A stretch of DNA of 64,000 bases from Heterodontus francisci. Taxonomy: Eukaryota. Position numbers and translations under genes: made by a program. Each line of letters opens with the position of its first letter. The first letter of the stretch is position 1. Below, piece after piece: positions 1 to 11,841 of this stretch. A model generated the notes under the pieces. That model was not told where the DNA came from. It was given only the letters and a program-made list of their open reading frames with translations, and ran no database searches. Location: NCBI RefSeq assembly GCF_036365525.1, contig NC_090379.1, forward strand, positions 55,181,805 to 55,245,804, read 5' to 3'.

Positions 1-203
1 AACTATATCGCCGTTCCTTCACTGTCGCTGGGTGAAAATCCTGGAACTCCCTTCCTAACAGCACTGTGGGTCTACCTACCCCAAATGGACTGCAGCGGTT
101 CAAGAAGGCAGCTCACCACCACCTTCTCAAGAGCAATTAGGGATGGGCAATAAATGCTGTCATAGCCAGTGACGCCCACATCCCATGAATGAATAAAAAA
201 AAA
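1..203 (+). mobile_element. 3' end of CR1-clade LINE (family B in this window)
   Basis: WNSLP-coding end, then ggactgcagcggttcaagaaggcagctcaccaccaccttctc...ggcaataaatgctg...cacatcccatgaatgaataaaaa; same tail recurs at about 15010, 16520, 43680 and 55650. Confidence 0.8.
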
Positions 204-249
204 GACTGCAGTAGAGGGTAAGTTACAGAGAGGGAGCTTCGACATGGAG

Positions 250-735
250 GCACCACTCACCAAATTTTTTAAAACTTTAAGTAAAAATTATTTCTTACAG
301 CCAGGCCACCACTGTGGAGGGGTTGGTTGGGGGCGGGCGGGGGTGGAGGGTAGGAGAGACCCTCTACAGGGCTGTTTGTGGCTGCTCTTGCATCCAGGCA
401 GCCACGGAGGGCCCACAGGCCTGCCTGGAGAATTGGCCTTTGGCCTGCCACCAGGTTCCCACTTCCAGGCACCTAAACTGGCCGTCACCGGTATGCAAAC
501 CTGGAGACTGGAAAATTCCAGTCAGCCTCCTTTAATTGGCTCTAACAGGGCTCTTAACAAGCCTGATTGGCTGCCCGCTGCGTGGAGGCAGGTAACACTG
601 CTGGCCCCGATCCCGCCTCTGCTAAAATGGCCGGCAACAGGAACAACCGGGAAACCCACACGCCAGCCAATGCTGTTATTTTTGGGCACCGTCCACCTCC
701 ATTGCCGCCCCTGGTAGGGTCCAAAACCCTTGCCC
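250..735. mobile_element. Decayed GC-rich non-autonomous DNA transposon (Harbinger MITE-like)
   Basis: Composition and motifs (ttaattggc, aaaatggccgg) resemble the MITEs at 47007 and 54722; termini not resolved. Confidence 0.35.
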
Positions 736-1528
736 TCTATCTGCTACAGGTCACTCTGAAGTATTGGCAAGATTCAGCATGCTGAGTCTCAACTAATTTG
801 GAGCTCGTTTGCCACACTCACAGCAGAAATATGACAGAGCTGCTACATATTTTTACCTCTCAACTTCTTATTTCACTCTATACAAAATAAAATATCCAGT
901 TCCCTTATTGATTACAGAAACTAACTGGTTGGCTTGTTGTGAAATCTATGTGATTTCCTGCTTGTTTCAGTTGCATCTGAGAAAGGTAGAATTTTTGTGA
1001 GATAAATGTTAAATCGCTAAAATATCCCATTAAAATCCCTTGGTTCATTTTTTTTTTGGCACACATGCCTAAATAATTATAATAAATAGTTTGCTATGCT
1101 GGTGGAAGCAGTAAGTAAGAATGACTGAACCCAATATACCAGCAATGCCTTGGATTCCACCTCTCAGTCTATGCTGATCGCTGATCACAGCCCTGTATTG
1201 TTTGGCCTTGCCACCTTGGGCTAAAATAACAAGATTGACCAGAATTTCAAGAGCTGACTGGTAGTTAGGATTCTGTGAGCTGAACAGTCCTCAATTTAGT
1301 GTTCAGCTGCGCTTTTAATCCACGTACGATGTATTTAGAATTCTACATTTGTACTTATCTCCAGATCAAATTGGATTAAATGCAGACGTTCTGACTGGAT
1401 CCAAATTATAACTGATTTCACTTCAATTCACTTCAGATTCAAATCCATGTCGGACTTAAAGCAAGGAGCCTATTTTAGATCTGTCAATGTGACAAGTGAA
1501 TTTTCCACTTTGAAATGCTGCCATTATT

Positions 1529-2076
1529 CTTTTTTTCTTTTGGGCCTCCTTATCTCGAGAGACAATGGATACGCGCCTGGAGGTGGTCAGTGGTTTGTGA
1601 AGCAGCGCCTGGAGTGGCTATAAAGGCCAATTCTGGAGTGACAGGCTCTTCCACAGGTGCTGCAGAGTAATTTGTTTGTTGGGGCTGTTGCACAGTTGGC
1701 TCTCCCCTTGCGCCTCTGTCTTTTTTCCTGCCAACTACTAAGTCTCTTCGACTCGCCACAATTTAGCCCTGTCTTTATGGCTGCCCGCCAGCTCTGGCGA
1801 ATGCTGGCAACTGACTCCCACGACTTGTGATCAATGTCACACGATTTCATGTCGCGTTTGCAGACGTCTTTATAACGGAGACATGGACGGCCGGTGGGTC
1901 TGATACCAGTGGCGAGCTCGCTGTACAATGTGTCTTTGGGGATCCTGCCATCTTCCATGCGGCTCACATGGCCAAGCCATCTCAAGCGCCGCTGACTCAG
2001 TAGTGTGTATAAGCTGGGGGTGTTGGCCGCTTCAAGGACTTCTGTGTTGGAGATATAGTCCTGCCACCTGATGCCA
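1529..2076 (-). mobile_element. 5'-truncated RTE-clade LINE with 10-bp TSD
   Basis: ORF 1587-1985: RWLGHVSRMEDGRIPKDTLYSEL...CSTCGRACHSRIGLYSHSRRC (RTE C-terminus); TSD tgccattatt at 1519-1528 and 2072-2081. Confidence 0.9.
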
Positions 2077-2339
2077 TTATTAATGTTTGTATATTTTGCA
2101 TTCTATACACATGGTTAGAGTAGTTGCATTTCTTTCACATATGTACATCTGAAAACAAACTCAAAAACAGTAGTAGAAGAGAAGGAAATTCTGGAAGGCC
2201 TGTACCACCAAGAGCCAAGTAATTTTCTGGGAGAGGTAAAAAACTAGATAATAATCCAAGCCAATTAGGGGAAGAAAAGATAGAAAGTTGCTTTCCAACC
2301 CCTTTAGGTACTGAACACTAGTCCAGAAGATCACATCGA

Positions 2340-2590
2340 CCCTAATTTATATTATAGGATACCTACCCCTTGCACAAGATGATCTCTGCCCCAGTCAAAA
2401 ACTGATCCAGCATTCTCTTCAAGGATTACGGTGAATCTGTTCCACAGGTCTATTATTCTGTGGAAAAGGTTGTGGATACACAACCTAGCTCTATCCTGAC
2501 ATAACTTGTAAGCATGATCCCTAGCCCTCCTTAACCTATTCAATTGAAATAACTGGTCCCTACTTTGCTGTTTATTCTATAAAGTGAGCT
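2340..2590 (-). mobile_element. Old CR1-like RT C-terminal remnant
   Basis: FHRIIDLWNRF resembles the CR1 FTQRVV.LWN.LP motif. Confidence 0.45.
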
Positions 2591-2689
2591 TTTTCAGTTT
2601 ATTCCAGTGTAACCTTTGATATGAATAAATTCATAACAGAGCTAAAAAAATCTCATAATTAAGATTGATTAGGGATTTCATTTCATCAT

Positions 2690-3025
2690 GTTGCAAGCAT
2701 CAAAACTATTTGGATTGAGGATTGGCTAAGGGACAGAATACAGAGTAGAAATAAACAGGTCATTTTCAGGGCGGCAGGCGTAAGTAGTGCAGTACCGCAG
2801 GGTTCAGTCCTTGGGCCTCAGCTATTTACAATCTATATCATTGACGTAGATGTGGGGATCAAGTGCAACATATCCAAGCTTGCTGATGATACAAATCTAC
2901 TAGGAAAGAAATGCTGTGAATGGGGTGTAAAGAGGCTGTTAAGTTATTAGGCAAGAAGATGGTAGACATATATTAGGGAAGTGTGAAATTATCCACTTTG
3001 GTAGAACGAATGGAAAAGCAGAATT
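2690..3025 (+). mobile_element. Decayed CR1 RT fragment
   Basis: VPQGSVLGPQLFTIYI and SKLADDT motifs. Confidence 0.75.
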
Positions 3026-4140
3026 ACATAGAATTTCCAGCACAGAAATAGGCCATTCGGCCCAACTGGTCTATGCTTATCCTCCATACGAGCCTTCTGT
3101 CAGCCCTCTTTATCTAACCCTATCACTATGACTTCTTATTACCCTCATTTGTTCTTAAAAAAAAATTTAAGCTTCCCTTTAAATGTATCTATGATATTTG
3201 TCTCAACTACGTATGTCAGCCAAGAGCGACGTCTCAATTCATTCCATCTTCGCTGCCTCCGGAGAATACTTGGCATCAGGTGGCAGGGCCGTATCTCCAA
3301 CACAGAAGTTCTCGAGGCGGCCAAAATCCCCAGCTTATACACACTACTGAGTCAGCGGTGCTTGAGATGGCTTGGCCATGTGAGCCGCATGGAAGATGGC
3401 AGGATTCCCAAAGACACATTGTACAGCGAGCTCGCCACTGGTCTCAGACCCACCGGCCGTCCATGTCTCCGCTTCAAAGACGTCGCAAACGCGACATGAA
3501 GTCCTGTAACATTGATCACAAGTCGTGGGAGTCAGTTGCCAGCGTTCGCCAGAGCTGGCGGGCAGTCATAAAGGCGGGGCTAAAGTGTGGCGAGTCGAAG
3601 AGACTTAGCAGTTGGCAGGAAAAAAGACAAAAGCGAAAGGGGAGAGCCAACTGTGTAACAGCCCCATAAATTTTTCTGCAGCACCTGTGGAAGAGCCTGT
3701 CACTCTAGAATTGGCCTTTATAGCCACTCCAGGCGCTGCTCCACACACCACTGACCACCTCCAGGCGCTTACCCATTGTCTCTCGAGATAAGGAGGCCAA
3801 AAAGAAAAGAACTCCTTGTGTTGTGAATTTCACAATATGTCCCATTTTGCTTGATTCTTCCAGCAGAGGAAATAGTTCTCCTATTTACCCCATTGAATTG
3901 TTTACATTTTAACCACTTCTTACCGAGCAGCCCCCAAACTCCTGCTCTCAAGGGAATATAATCCATATATTTTTCATCTGTTCTCATAATTGATCCCTTT
4001 TAACCCTGCTATCATTCTGGTGAAACTGCCCTTCACCCACTCCAAGTCCATTATATACCCACTGAATGAGGATCGGTTTCCAGAACTGAATGCAGTGTTT
4101 CTGATGGGTTCTGAACAAGGCTGTGTACAACTGAAGAATT
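3026..4140 (-). mobile_element. Decayed CR1 3' fragment interrupted by an RTE
   Basis: cagcacagaaataggccattcggccc tail; homology resumes after 3810. Confidence 0.55.
3205..3811 (+). mobile_element. 5'-truncated RTE-clade LINE (frameshifted)
   Basis: FHLRCLRRILGIRWQ...LRWLGHVSRMEDGRIPK; closely matches the 1529-2076 copy; A-rich tail. Confidence 0.9.
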
Positions 4141-4194
4141 GCTTATACCAAAACAGATAATGCTGGACATACTCAGCAGTTCAGGCAGTATCAT

Positions 4195-4785
4195 AGGTGA
4201 GAGACTAGTAAATGTTAGTATTGGTAGGGATTTGAGGATCCTTGTACACAGATCTCAAAAAGTTAACATGCAAGTACAGCAAGCAATTTGGAAAGCAAAT
4301 GTTGGCCTTTATTGCAAGGGGGTTGGAGTATAAAAGTAAGGAAGTTTTACTGCAATTCTATAGGGTTGTGGTGAGACTACTTCCTAGAGTATTGTGTATA
4401 GTTTTGGTTTCTTTATCTAAGGAAGGATATATTTGCTTTAGAGGAGGTGCAATGAATGTTCATTAGATTCATTCCTGGTATGAGAGGGCTGTCCTATGAG
4501 AAGAGATTGAGTAGAATGGGCCTATATTCTCTGCAGTTTGGAAGCATAAGACATGATCTCATTGAAACATAAAGAATTCGTAGAGGGTTTGCCAGGGTAA
4601 ATGCTGAGAGGCTGTTTTTCCTGGTTGGAGAGTTTAGAACTAGGGGTCATAGTGTTAGGATTAGGGGTTAGCCAATTAGGACTCAGATGAGGAGAAATTT
4701 CTTCTCTCAGAGGGTTGTGAATCTATAGAATTCTCTACCCCAAAGGTCTATAGATGCTCAATTGATGAGTACATTCAAGATTGAA
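4195..4785 (+). mobile_element. Decayed CR1 RT C-terminal fragment
   Basis: MLAFIARGLEYKSKEVLLQFYR; FSQRVVNL. Confidence 0.8.
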
Positions 4786-5693
4786 ATAAAAGCAAAATAC
4801 TGCGGATGCTGGAAATCTGAAATAAAAACAAGAAATGCTGGAACCACTCAGCAGGTCTGGCAGCATCTGTGGAAAGAGAAGCAGAGTTAACGTTTCGGGT
4901 CAGTGACTCTTCTTCGGCGATTTACTTGCATTTCTTTCAATCTAGTATACTGTATTCGCTGTTCACAATGTGGTCTCCTCTACATTGGGGAGACCAAACG
5001 CAGATTGGGTGACCGCTTTGCGGAACACCTCTGCTCAGTCTGAAAGCATGACTCCGAGCTTCCGGTTGCTGGCCATTTCAACACTGCCCCCTGCTCTCAT
5101 GCTCACATCTCTGCCCTGGGATTGCTGCAGTGTTCCAGCGAATATCAACGCAAGCTCGAGGACCAGCATCTCATTTACCGATTAGGCATGCTACAGCCTG
5201 CCAGACTGAACATTGAGCTCAATCATTTCAGAGCATGACTGCCCCCCCCCCCCCCTTTTTATGGTTAGTTATTTTTTCTTTTTTATTTGGTTATTTTATT
5301 TTAGTTTTTTTTAGTTTGGTTAGTTTGTTTCTACTGTGCCTACCCACTGTTTCTTTTTTTTTAACTTTTAATGTTTGTGCTTGGAGTGCTTTGTGCTTTA
5401 CAGTCAATTCACACCCTCTCTGTACTAATGCTTTGTCTTTCAGCACACCATTAACATACCATTTGCCATTGTTCCATGACCTTCTGGTCAGTTATTGTCT
5501 GTGACCCTCTGTCCTATCAACACCTCTTTCGTTATCTCTTGCCCCACCCCCTGCTTTACTTGCTTAAAACCTTTTACATTTCTAATATTTGTCAGTTCTG
5601 AAGAAGGGTCACTGACCTGAAACGTTAACTCTGCCTCTCTCTCCACAGATGCTGCCAGGCCTGCTGAGTATTTCCAGCATTTCTTGTTTTTAT
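4785..5693. mobile_element. Penelope-like element, twin-arm: pLTR(-) 4785-4917, then GIY-YIG C-terminus, 3'UTR and pLTR(+)
   Basis: LVYCIRCSQCGLLYIGETKRRLGDRFAEHL GIY-YIG motif; inverted terminal repeats containing hammerheads. Confidence 0.85.
5594..5630 (+). ncRNA. Minimal type I hammerhead ribozyme in Penelope pLTR
   Basis: agtt-CTGAAGA-a-gggtc-act-gacct-GAA-ACGT-T-aact: core CUGANGA/GAAA, stem I agtt/aact, palindromic stem III ACGT. Confidence 0.8.
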
Positions 5694-5699
5694 CCTTCT

Positions 5700-6900
5700 A
5701 GATCTAATTGGCCCCATCAATCTGGAACTCAAAGTACTCCAGTGCCCCCTCATACAGTGCAACCGTCGCTTGCCTTATCCTATGATGGGTGGCTGCTTGC
5801 GATATGCTGCACAGGTCTGCTGCTACCTCCTTGAAATTACCTAGAGGTAAAAAGGTTCAACACCACTGTCAGTTTCATGGCTGCTGACAGGACATGCTCA
5901 CATGACCAAGGAGGGTTGAGATTCTCCTCCATGAGGACATACAAGGCAGCAAACAATTGCCTCAATATTCACAGCCTCTGATGGCACTGCTGCTCCGACA
6001 TGTTCAGGAAGCTGAGTCATTGGCATTAAACCCAATGGTGAGTGTACCGCCTTCGTGCCCTCCCTGTGCTTCGGGTATCACCATTTGTTGTTGCTTCTCC
6101 TCATCACTACCCATCGCCAACTCAGAGTAGCTGAGCTCTATGTCCAGACATGGCCTCACTTGCCACCAGCTACACAGGTAACAGCTGCATGGATCTCCCT
6201 GCTGTGTCCCACTGACCCCTGCAGGTGCACTCCCCGCAAATGCCCCAGTGCCTCCACTTGAAACACTCTGCGAGCTCTGCTGGTGCTTTGCCACACCTCT
6301 GCTCAGCAACGGCCACTGTGTGCCAATGCATGAGCTCCTCTCGGCTCCTTCCACCATTTAGGCAGCATCAGGAATTGCTCCCACTTCTCTGACTGGCTCC
6401 CTGGTGTGCAGCCATCTCATCTCCTGGGACATGCTGCTGAACCAGTGTGTTTCCCCTGTAATGCCTTGAAAATCTCATACAGCCCTGCATTAAGCTCTCA
6501 AGTGGCTTGTTAACTGCCTCAACTGATGACCTGCCACTTTTGTGTGGGTTGCCATAAGACGCCTCCACCAAAACCACTGGGAGGGGGAATTCCATCAGGA
6601 AATTTGCCACTCGGCAACACAAATTTGCTGGGATGCCTGTCTCCAAATCCACCTCTGCCATGGGATTAAAACTCAGCCCCACATCATGCAGCTCATTGCT
6701 TCACAATGCCTTGAGATGTGGCATTGTTGAAAGATGACAAGGCTTTTAATTGTATGTTGTCCTACTGAGGTATGGGTTGCATAAATTTGTGTGAAGACTG
6801 AGCATGGGTAAGCAGTGAATGTGGAAAAGATTGGCAGGCAACATCTGTGGCATGCAATCTTGATTGTCTGCCTGGAATATGGCAACGTCTGGTGGTCTTA
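5700..6900 (-). mobile_element. Decayed Harbinger transposon remnant (transposase N-terminus)
   Basis: Minus strand reads LSFLNMSEQQCHQRL and HVLSAAMKLTVVLNLFTSR*FQG, matching the HARBI1-like motifs at 20280-20480. Confidence 0.55.
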
Positions 6901-8930
6901 TCTTGCCAGATCCCTTAAAGTGTGCTGTCCCCTAATGTATCTGTTTACAGATCCTGCCAATCGAGTACAGTGTTAAGTCTGATACTTAAAATTCTTTTTG
7001 AGCTTTATATCGGTTGAAACAATATTTGTTGCTATTTTCATGTATGATTCTTTAAGTGTGCACAACCCTTTAAATCTGAGCTGATGGCCAAACTTTATAC
7101 TTCCCCTACCAGGTTAGATCATTGCGTAAGGTCAAATCTGTATAGGCAGTTATGAATAATTATTAAAATAAGCTGAATACAGCAAATAGCGAGCAACCAG
7201 CTTATTGCACCTAAAGCTAAATTTGTGCCAGCAGCTAGACAGCAAAAGCTACACATTGCCTGGATTAGAAGTTGCCTCTTATTACCTTAATTGAAACAGG
7301 TTCAATGAATAAAGGAATACATTGGATGTTGGATAAATGTATAAATGGTTTATCAGAAGACATTTGCCAAGGTTCATCTTAACAAACTTGTGATGCTAAG
7401 CAACTAAGGCACACTGGGTTATAACTTCTGTCTTGGGTGGTATCACAAAAGGGGCAATAGTGAATTGGCATCCCACTGTGCTTTCTGGCAGCTTATCTAT
7501 TTCATTGACTTTATGGATAGATGACTGGGAACAGAAAGCAAAAAAGTAAGGGTAATTGAATGTTTTTGGTATTGGCAGGAAATGGCTGGTGGCTTGTGCA
7601 GGGAAATGTTCTGGGATTTCTTTTATTTTCCATTTGTATAAATCACATAGAAACATACCTTGGCAAACATGGATAGCCCAGCACAGTTCTTCTATATTTG
7701 CTTCCAGGTTCAGGGTCATAGGATTCCTCACTCTATCACCTTCAGCCATGCTGTTCTGACAGTATTCTTGATAAGAGGGTGCTCCTCTTGTCCCCAAAAG
7801 ATCATGCAGAGAGAATAGAGGAGCTGGGTTTGTTCTTCTTAGAGCAGAGAATTTAAGGGGAGATTTAATACAGTGGTTCTCAAACTGGAGTCCACTGACC
7901 CCAGGCAGTTTGCACAGAACTTCTAGGGGATCCACAATGCAGAGCTAGCTCCACAGTTGGGCAATGTAGGCAACCACCCTAGGATGCCGTGGTGTTATGA
8001 AAGTGATTCTGTTTTTGTTAAAAAATTTTTTAAAAAGAATTTATAGTTAAGCTGAATAAATGTTGGACCAGGTTTTTTTAAAGAAGAGAGCCATCAAGAG
8101 GACACTGAGGGAGCCGGATTGGCAGCAATGTTGCTGGTGGTCACATGGTACGGGTAAGGCTTGGAGCGGAAACCCTGGTAACAGGGGCAGAGAAGTGATA
8201 AGCTTCCCTTTGATTGGACAAGCCCAGTAGTAGCAGAGCACCTGGGAAAAGCAGAAACTGACAAGCTTTCTGGTTGTGTGTCAGTGTGTGTGTGTTTTAC
8301 CTTCTGGAAGGAGATAAAGTCAAGTCTGCTGCAGAAGAAGGAGAATTCCAAGGAAGAGCAGAAGACTACAACCAAACTCACTTTCCAGCAATTCCCTAAA
8401 AGACTCTGAGAAGTCCACTGTGTCAACTCGTCATTTCCTGTATTTGAAGAAAGCTTGCTAAAAATAATTCTTAATGCAGGCTGAAGAGAACTGTCCTCGG
8501 GGGATTTCAGTGGCCTGTCCGCGCATGCTCAGAGGTTGAACTGTGTGCCAGTTTGGTGCAGCATGTCTCATCTGCTGTTTTCTTCAGGAGTGGGCAATTG
8601 ATCTGCCTGGGTGATTTTTGTTGTCTGTAATAGAGCTCTGATCCAAAAATCCCTTTTTATTTTTTCGGTTAACGGGTGTACATATATGTGTGTGTGCGTG
8701 AGTGAGATGCTAAGGCAAAAAAGGGGACTTTAAAATTTAATGTTGGGACTTTAAAAATTTGGATCTTTGTATTTATGTTTTACTTCATTAGTAACATTTT
8801 CTATAATAAACTGATAAAGAAACCTGGTTATATAAAAGCAAAATACTGTGGATGCTGGAAATCTGAAACAAAAACAAGAAATGCTGGAATCACTCAGCAG
8901 GTCTGGCAGCATCTGTGGAAAGAGAAGCAG

Positions 8931-8967
8931 AGTTAACGTTTCGGGTCAGTGACCCTTCTTCGGAACT
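8931..8967 (-). ncRNA. Minimal hammerhead ribozyme (CCGAAGA core variant)
   Basis: Reverse complement reads agtt-CCGAAGA-a-gggtc-act-gaccc-GAAACGTT-aact. Confidence 0.7.
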
Positions 8968-9834
8968 GACAAATATTAGAAAAGTCACAGATTATAAGCA
9001 AGTGAGGTGGGGGTGGGGCAAGAGATAACAAAGGAGAAGGTGCAGATTGGACCAGGCCACATAGCTGACCAAAAGGTCACGGAGCAAAGGCAAACAATAT
9101 GTTAATAGTGTGTTGAAAGACAAAGCATTAGTACAGATTAGGTGTGAATACACTGAATATTGAACAGCAGCAAGTGCAAACCTGAAAAAAAACCTGAAAA
9201 AAACAGTGGGTAAGCAAACTGAACAAACTAAGATGAAATGAAATAAATGCAAAAAAAGATAGTAAAAAATATAAAAAAGAATGTAAAAAAAAGGAAGAAA
9301 AAATAACTAAAAATGAAAGTAAAATGGGGGGCTGTCATGCTCTGAAATTATTGAACTCAATGTTCAGTCCGGCAGGCTGTAGTGTGCCTAATCTACCGAT
9401 AATCTACCGATTAGGCACACTACAGCCTGCCGGACTGAACATTGAGTTCAATAATTTCAGAGCATGACAGCCCCCCATTTTACTTTCATTTTTAGTTATT
9501 TTTTCTTCCTTTTTTTTAACATTCTTTTTTACATTTTTTACAATTTTTTTTGCATTTATTTCATTTCATCTTAGTTTGTTCAGTTTGCTTACCCACTATT
9601 TTTTTCAGGTTTTTTTTCAGGTTTGCACTTGCTGCTGTTCAATATTCAGTGTATTAACACCTAATCTGTACTAATGCTTTGTCTTTCAACACACTATTAA
9701 CATATTGTTTGCCTTTGCTCCGTGACCTTTTGGTCAGCTATGTGGCCTGGTCCAATCTGCACCTTCTCCTTTGTTATCTCTTGCCCCACCCCCACCTCAC
9801 TTGCTTATAATCTGTGACTTTTCTAATATTTGTC

Positions 9835-9871
9835 AGTTCCGAAGAAGGGTCACTGACCCGAAACGTTAACT
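9835..9871 (+). ncRNA. Minimal hammerhead ribozyme (CCGAAGA core variant)
   Basis: agttccgaagaagggtcactgacccgaaacgttaact. Confidence 0.7.
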
Positions 9872-10094
9872 CTGCTTCTCTTTCCACAGATGCTGCCAGA
9901 CCTGCTGAAAGAAACCTGGTTAGTGGGTTCTATTCTGGAAAAAATAGTGTATAGGATTGCCTGTATTAGTAAGTGAGAAAATTTTAAATAATATGTTGTG
10001 ACCTGTGGAGAAGTGGGACTGAATTAACAGTGCACTCCTCCCACCTCGGTCATAACAGTGGTCAAGAGTAAACAAGTGTGTGGCAGCTGGAGGG

Positions 10095-10456
10095 GTGTTC
10101 TGCTCTCCCCCTAATCCTCCAGCGCACTCTCCGAGCTCTTGCTCTCTCTGTGCTCCTTCTTTCTCTGTGCTCCTGCTCTCTCTGTGCTCCTGCTCTCTCT
10201 GTGCTTCAGCTCTCTGCAGGTCCCCGGCTTTCTCCTGCTCCTTCCATGCTCCCGCTCACTCTGGGCTCCTGCTTTCTCCATGTTCTTACTGTCCCTGCAC
10301 TCCTTTTTCCATACTCTGCTCTCTGCATGCTTTTTCTCTCACCATGGTGTGCTTCCCCATTGCTCCTGCTCTCCCTCTGCTCCCCTAGTGCTTTGTCTAT
10401 GTTCTGTTCTCCCTGGGCTCCTGCTCTTTCTGGATGCTGCTCTCCATGCTCCTGCC
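10095..10456. repeat. CT-rich low-complexity repeat (ctcctg/ctctgtg-like units) inside the hAT MITE
   Basis: Degenerate tandem tgctcctgctctctctg units. Confidence 0.8.
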
Positions 10457-11841
10457 CAAGAATAGACAGACTCTGCAATAAGAAGTAGGCACACCATCTT
10501 ACTGGTTTCTGTAAGTCAATACCTGTTTTCTTAAAAGCATTATTAAAGTACGCTGTACATGCAGTGCCTTCATATTATGCGTATTATAAAGTAATATAAT
10601 TTAGATGGGGGTCTGTGGTTACTAATCTGTTTGAAAAGGGGTCCTTCAACGAAAAAGGTTTGTGAACCACTGACTCAATAGAGGTGTTCAAAGCCATGAA
10701 GGGATAGAGTAAATAAGGAGGAACTTTTTCTAGTGGGAGATGGTCAGTAACCAGAGGTCACGGATTTAAGGTAATTGGCAAAAGATGAGACAAGGAGAAT
10801 TTCTTTTACACAGCGACTGGTTATGATCTTGAATTCATTGCCTGAAAGGATGGTGAAAGCAAATTCAATTGTAACTTTCCAAAGGGAATTAGATAAATAT
10901 ATGAAAGTGGAAAATTTGCAGGGCTATGGCGAAAGGGCAGTGGAGTGGGACTAATTGATTGATCTTTCTAAGCTGATATAGATACGATAGGCCAAATAGC
11001 CTCCTTCTGTGCTGTATCATGCTATTATTCAATCTGTCCTTCTCTAGCATCTCCTGCAGATGCACTTCCAAAGCAACATCTTGTACTGGTATTATTTTAC
11101 TTCTATAGCCATTTTTTTATGTTTACATTGAGAGTGACCATCAACTCTTTAAGAGCAACTGGAACCACTTAACCCGTCCCTGATCTCTGCATTCTCTCAG
11201 TGCATTACATGTTATGCATCAGAAGTGTTGCACATTTATTTAAATGAGTTAGTGCACTTTCAGCTCAGTAAAGCATGGGTGCAGGGATTGCCAAAAAAAG
11301 CAGTGATCCTGTAGCAATGTGCCTGCCCAGACCCTCTTTACAGGCACCTATGATATTTGAATCAATGCATTTCCATCATTCCGTCAAGCCCAATTTTACA
11401 ATTTAATTATATTTCTATCCTTACAATTGGTACATTCTAAACTTTTCAAACATCATACAGCATTAGACAGCTTGAAGTGACACCAGTGCACTCTGAAATA
11501 TGACCTGACAGTTTTACTTTGTAAGTGCTTTCAGAAGATGCTTTCTACCCATTCTGTATAGCATTTGCACCACTTTCATCACTGAAAAGCTAGAAAAGAT
11601 AGTAATACTAGTAATTTATTAGCCGGTCTACTTCCTTTATTTTCATTTCTTGGAAAATCTTAATGGAATGACTGACAGTCAGACTCTTACAATTTCCATT
11701 AAATGTATTTAAATAACCTAGCCAGTGATGAGTAATTTTTAAATTCTATTTTAACTTCTTTAATATTTCACCATAAATGCTTTGAGTGCTTGTTAGTCAC
11801 AGAATTAATCTTGATTTGTGTTTTTGTACTTTTAAATCATA

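Larger units (their letters stand above)
8831..9908. mobile_element. Penelope-like twin-arm palindrome with 15-bp TSD
   Basis: Near-perfect inverted repeat centred at about 9400; TSD aaagaaacctggtta at 8816-8830 and 9908-9922. Confidence 0.92.
7993..10057 (+). mobile_element. Solo LTR (~0.97 kb net of the Penelope insert)
   Basis: TGTTATGA...TCATAACA termini; 4-bp TSD GTGG at 7989-7992 and 10058-10061. Confidence 0.85.
7871..10672. mobile_element. Non-autonomous hAT (Charlie-like) element
   Basis: TIRs cagtggttctcaaac / gtttgtgaaccactg; 8-bp TSD atttaata / actcaata (6/8 match). Confidence 0.8.
7820..11030 (+). mobile_element. CR1 3' fragment split by a hAT MITE (7820-7870 joined to 10681-11030)
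   Basis: ggggagatttaata | gaggtgttcaaa re-forms GDLIEVFK. Confidence 0.75.

Noticed and set aside
10078-10488. Leu/Cys/Ser-rich ORFs
   Set aside because: Artefacts of the CT-rich low-complexity repeat
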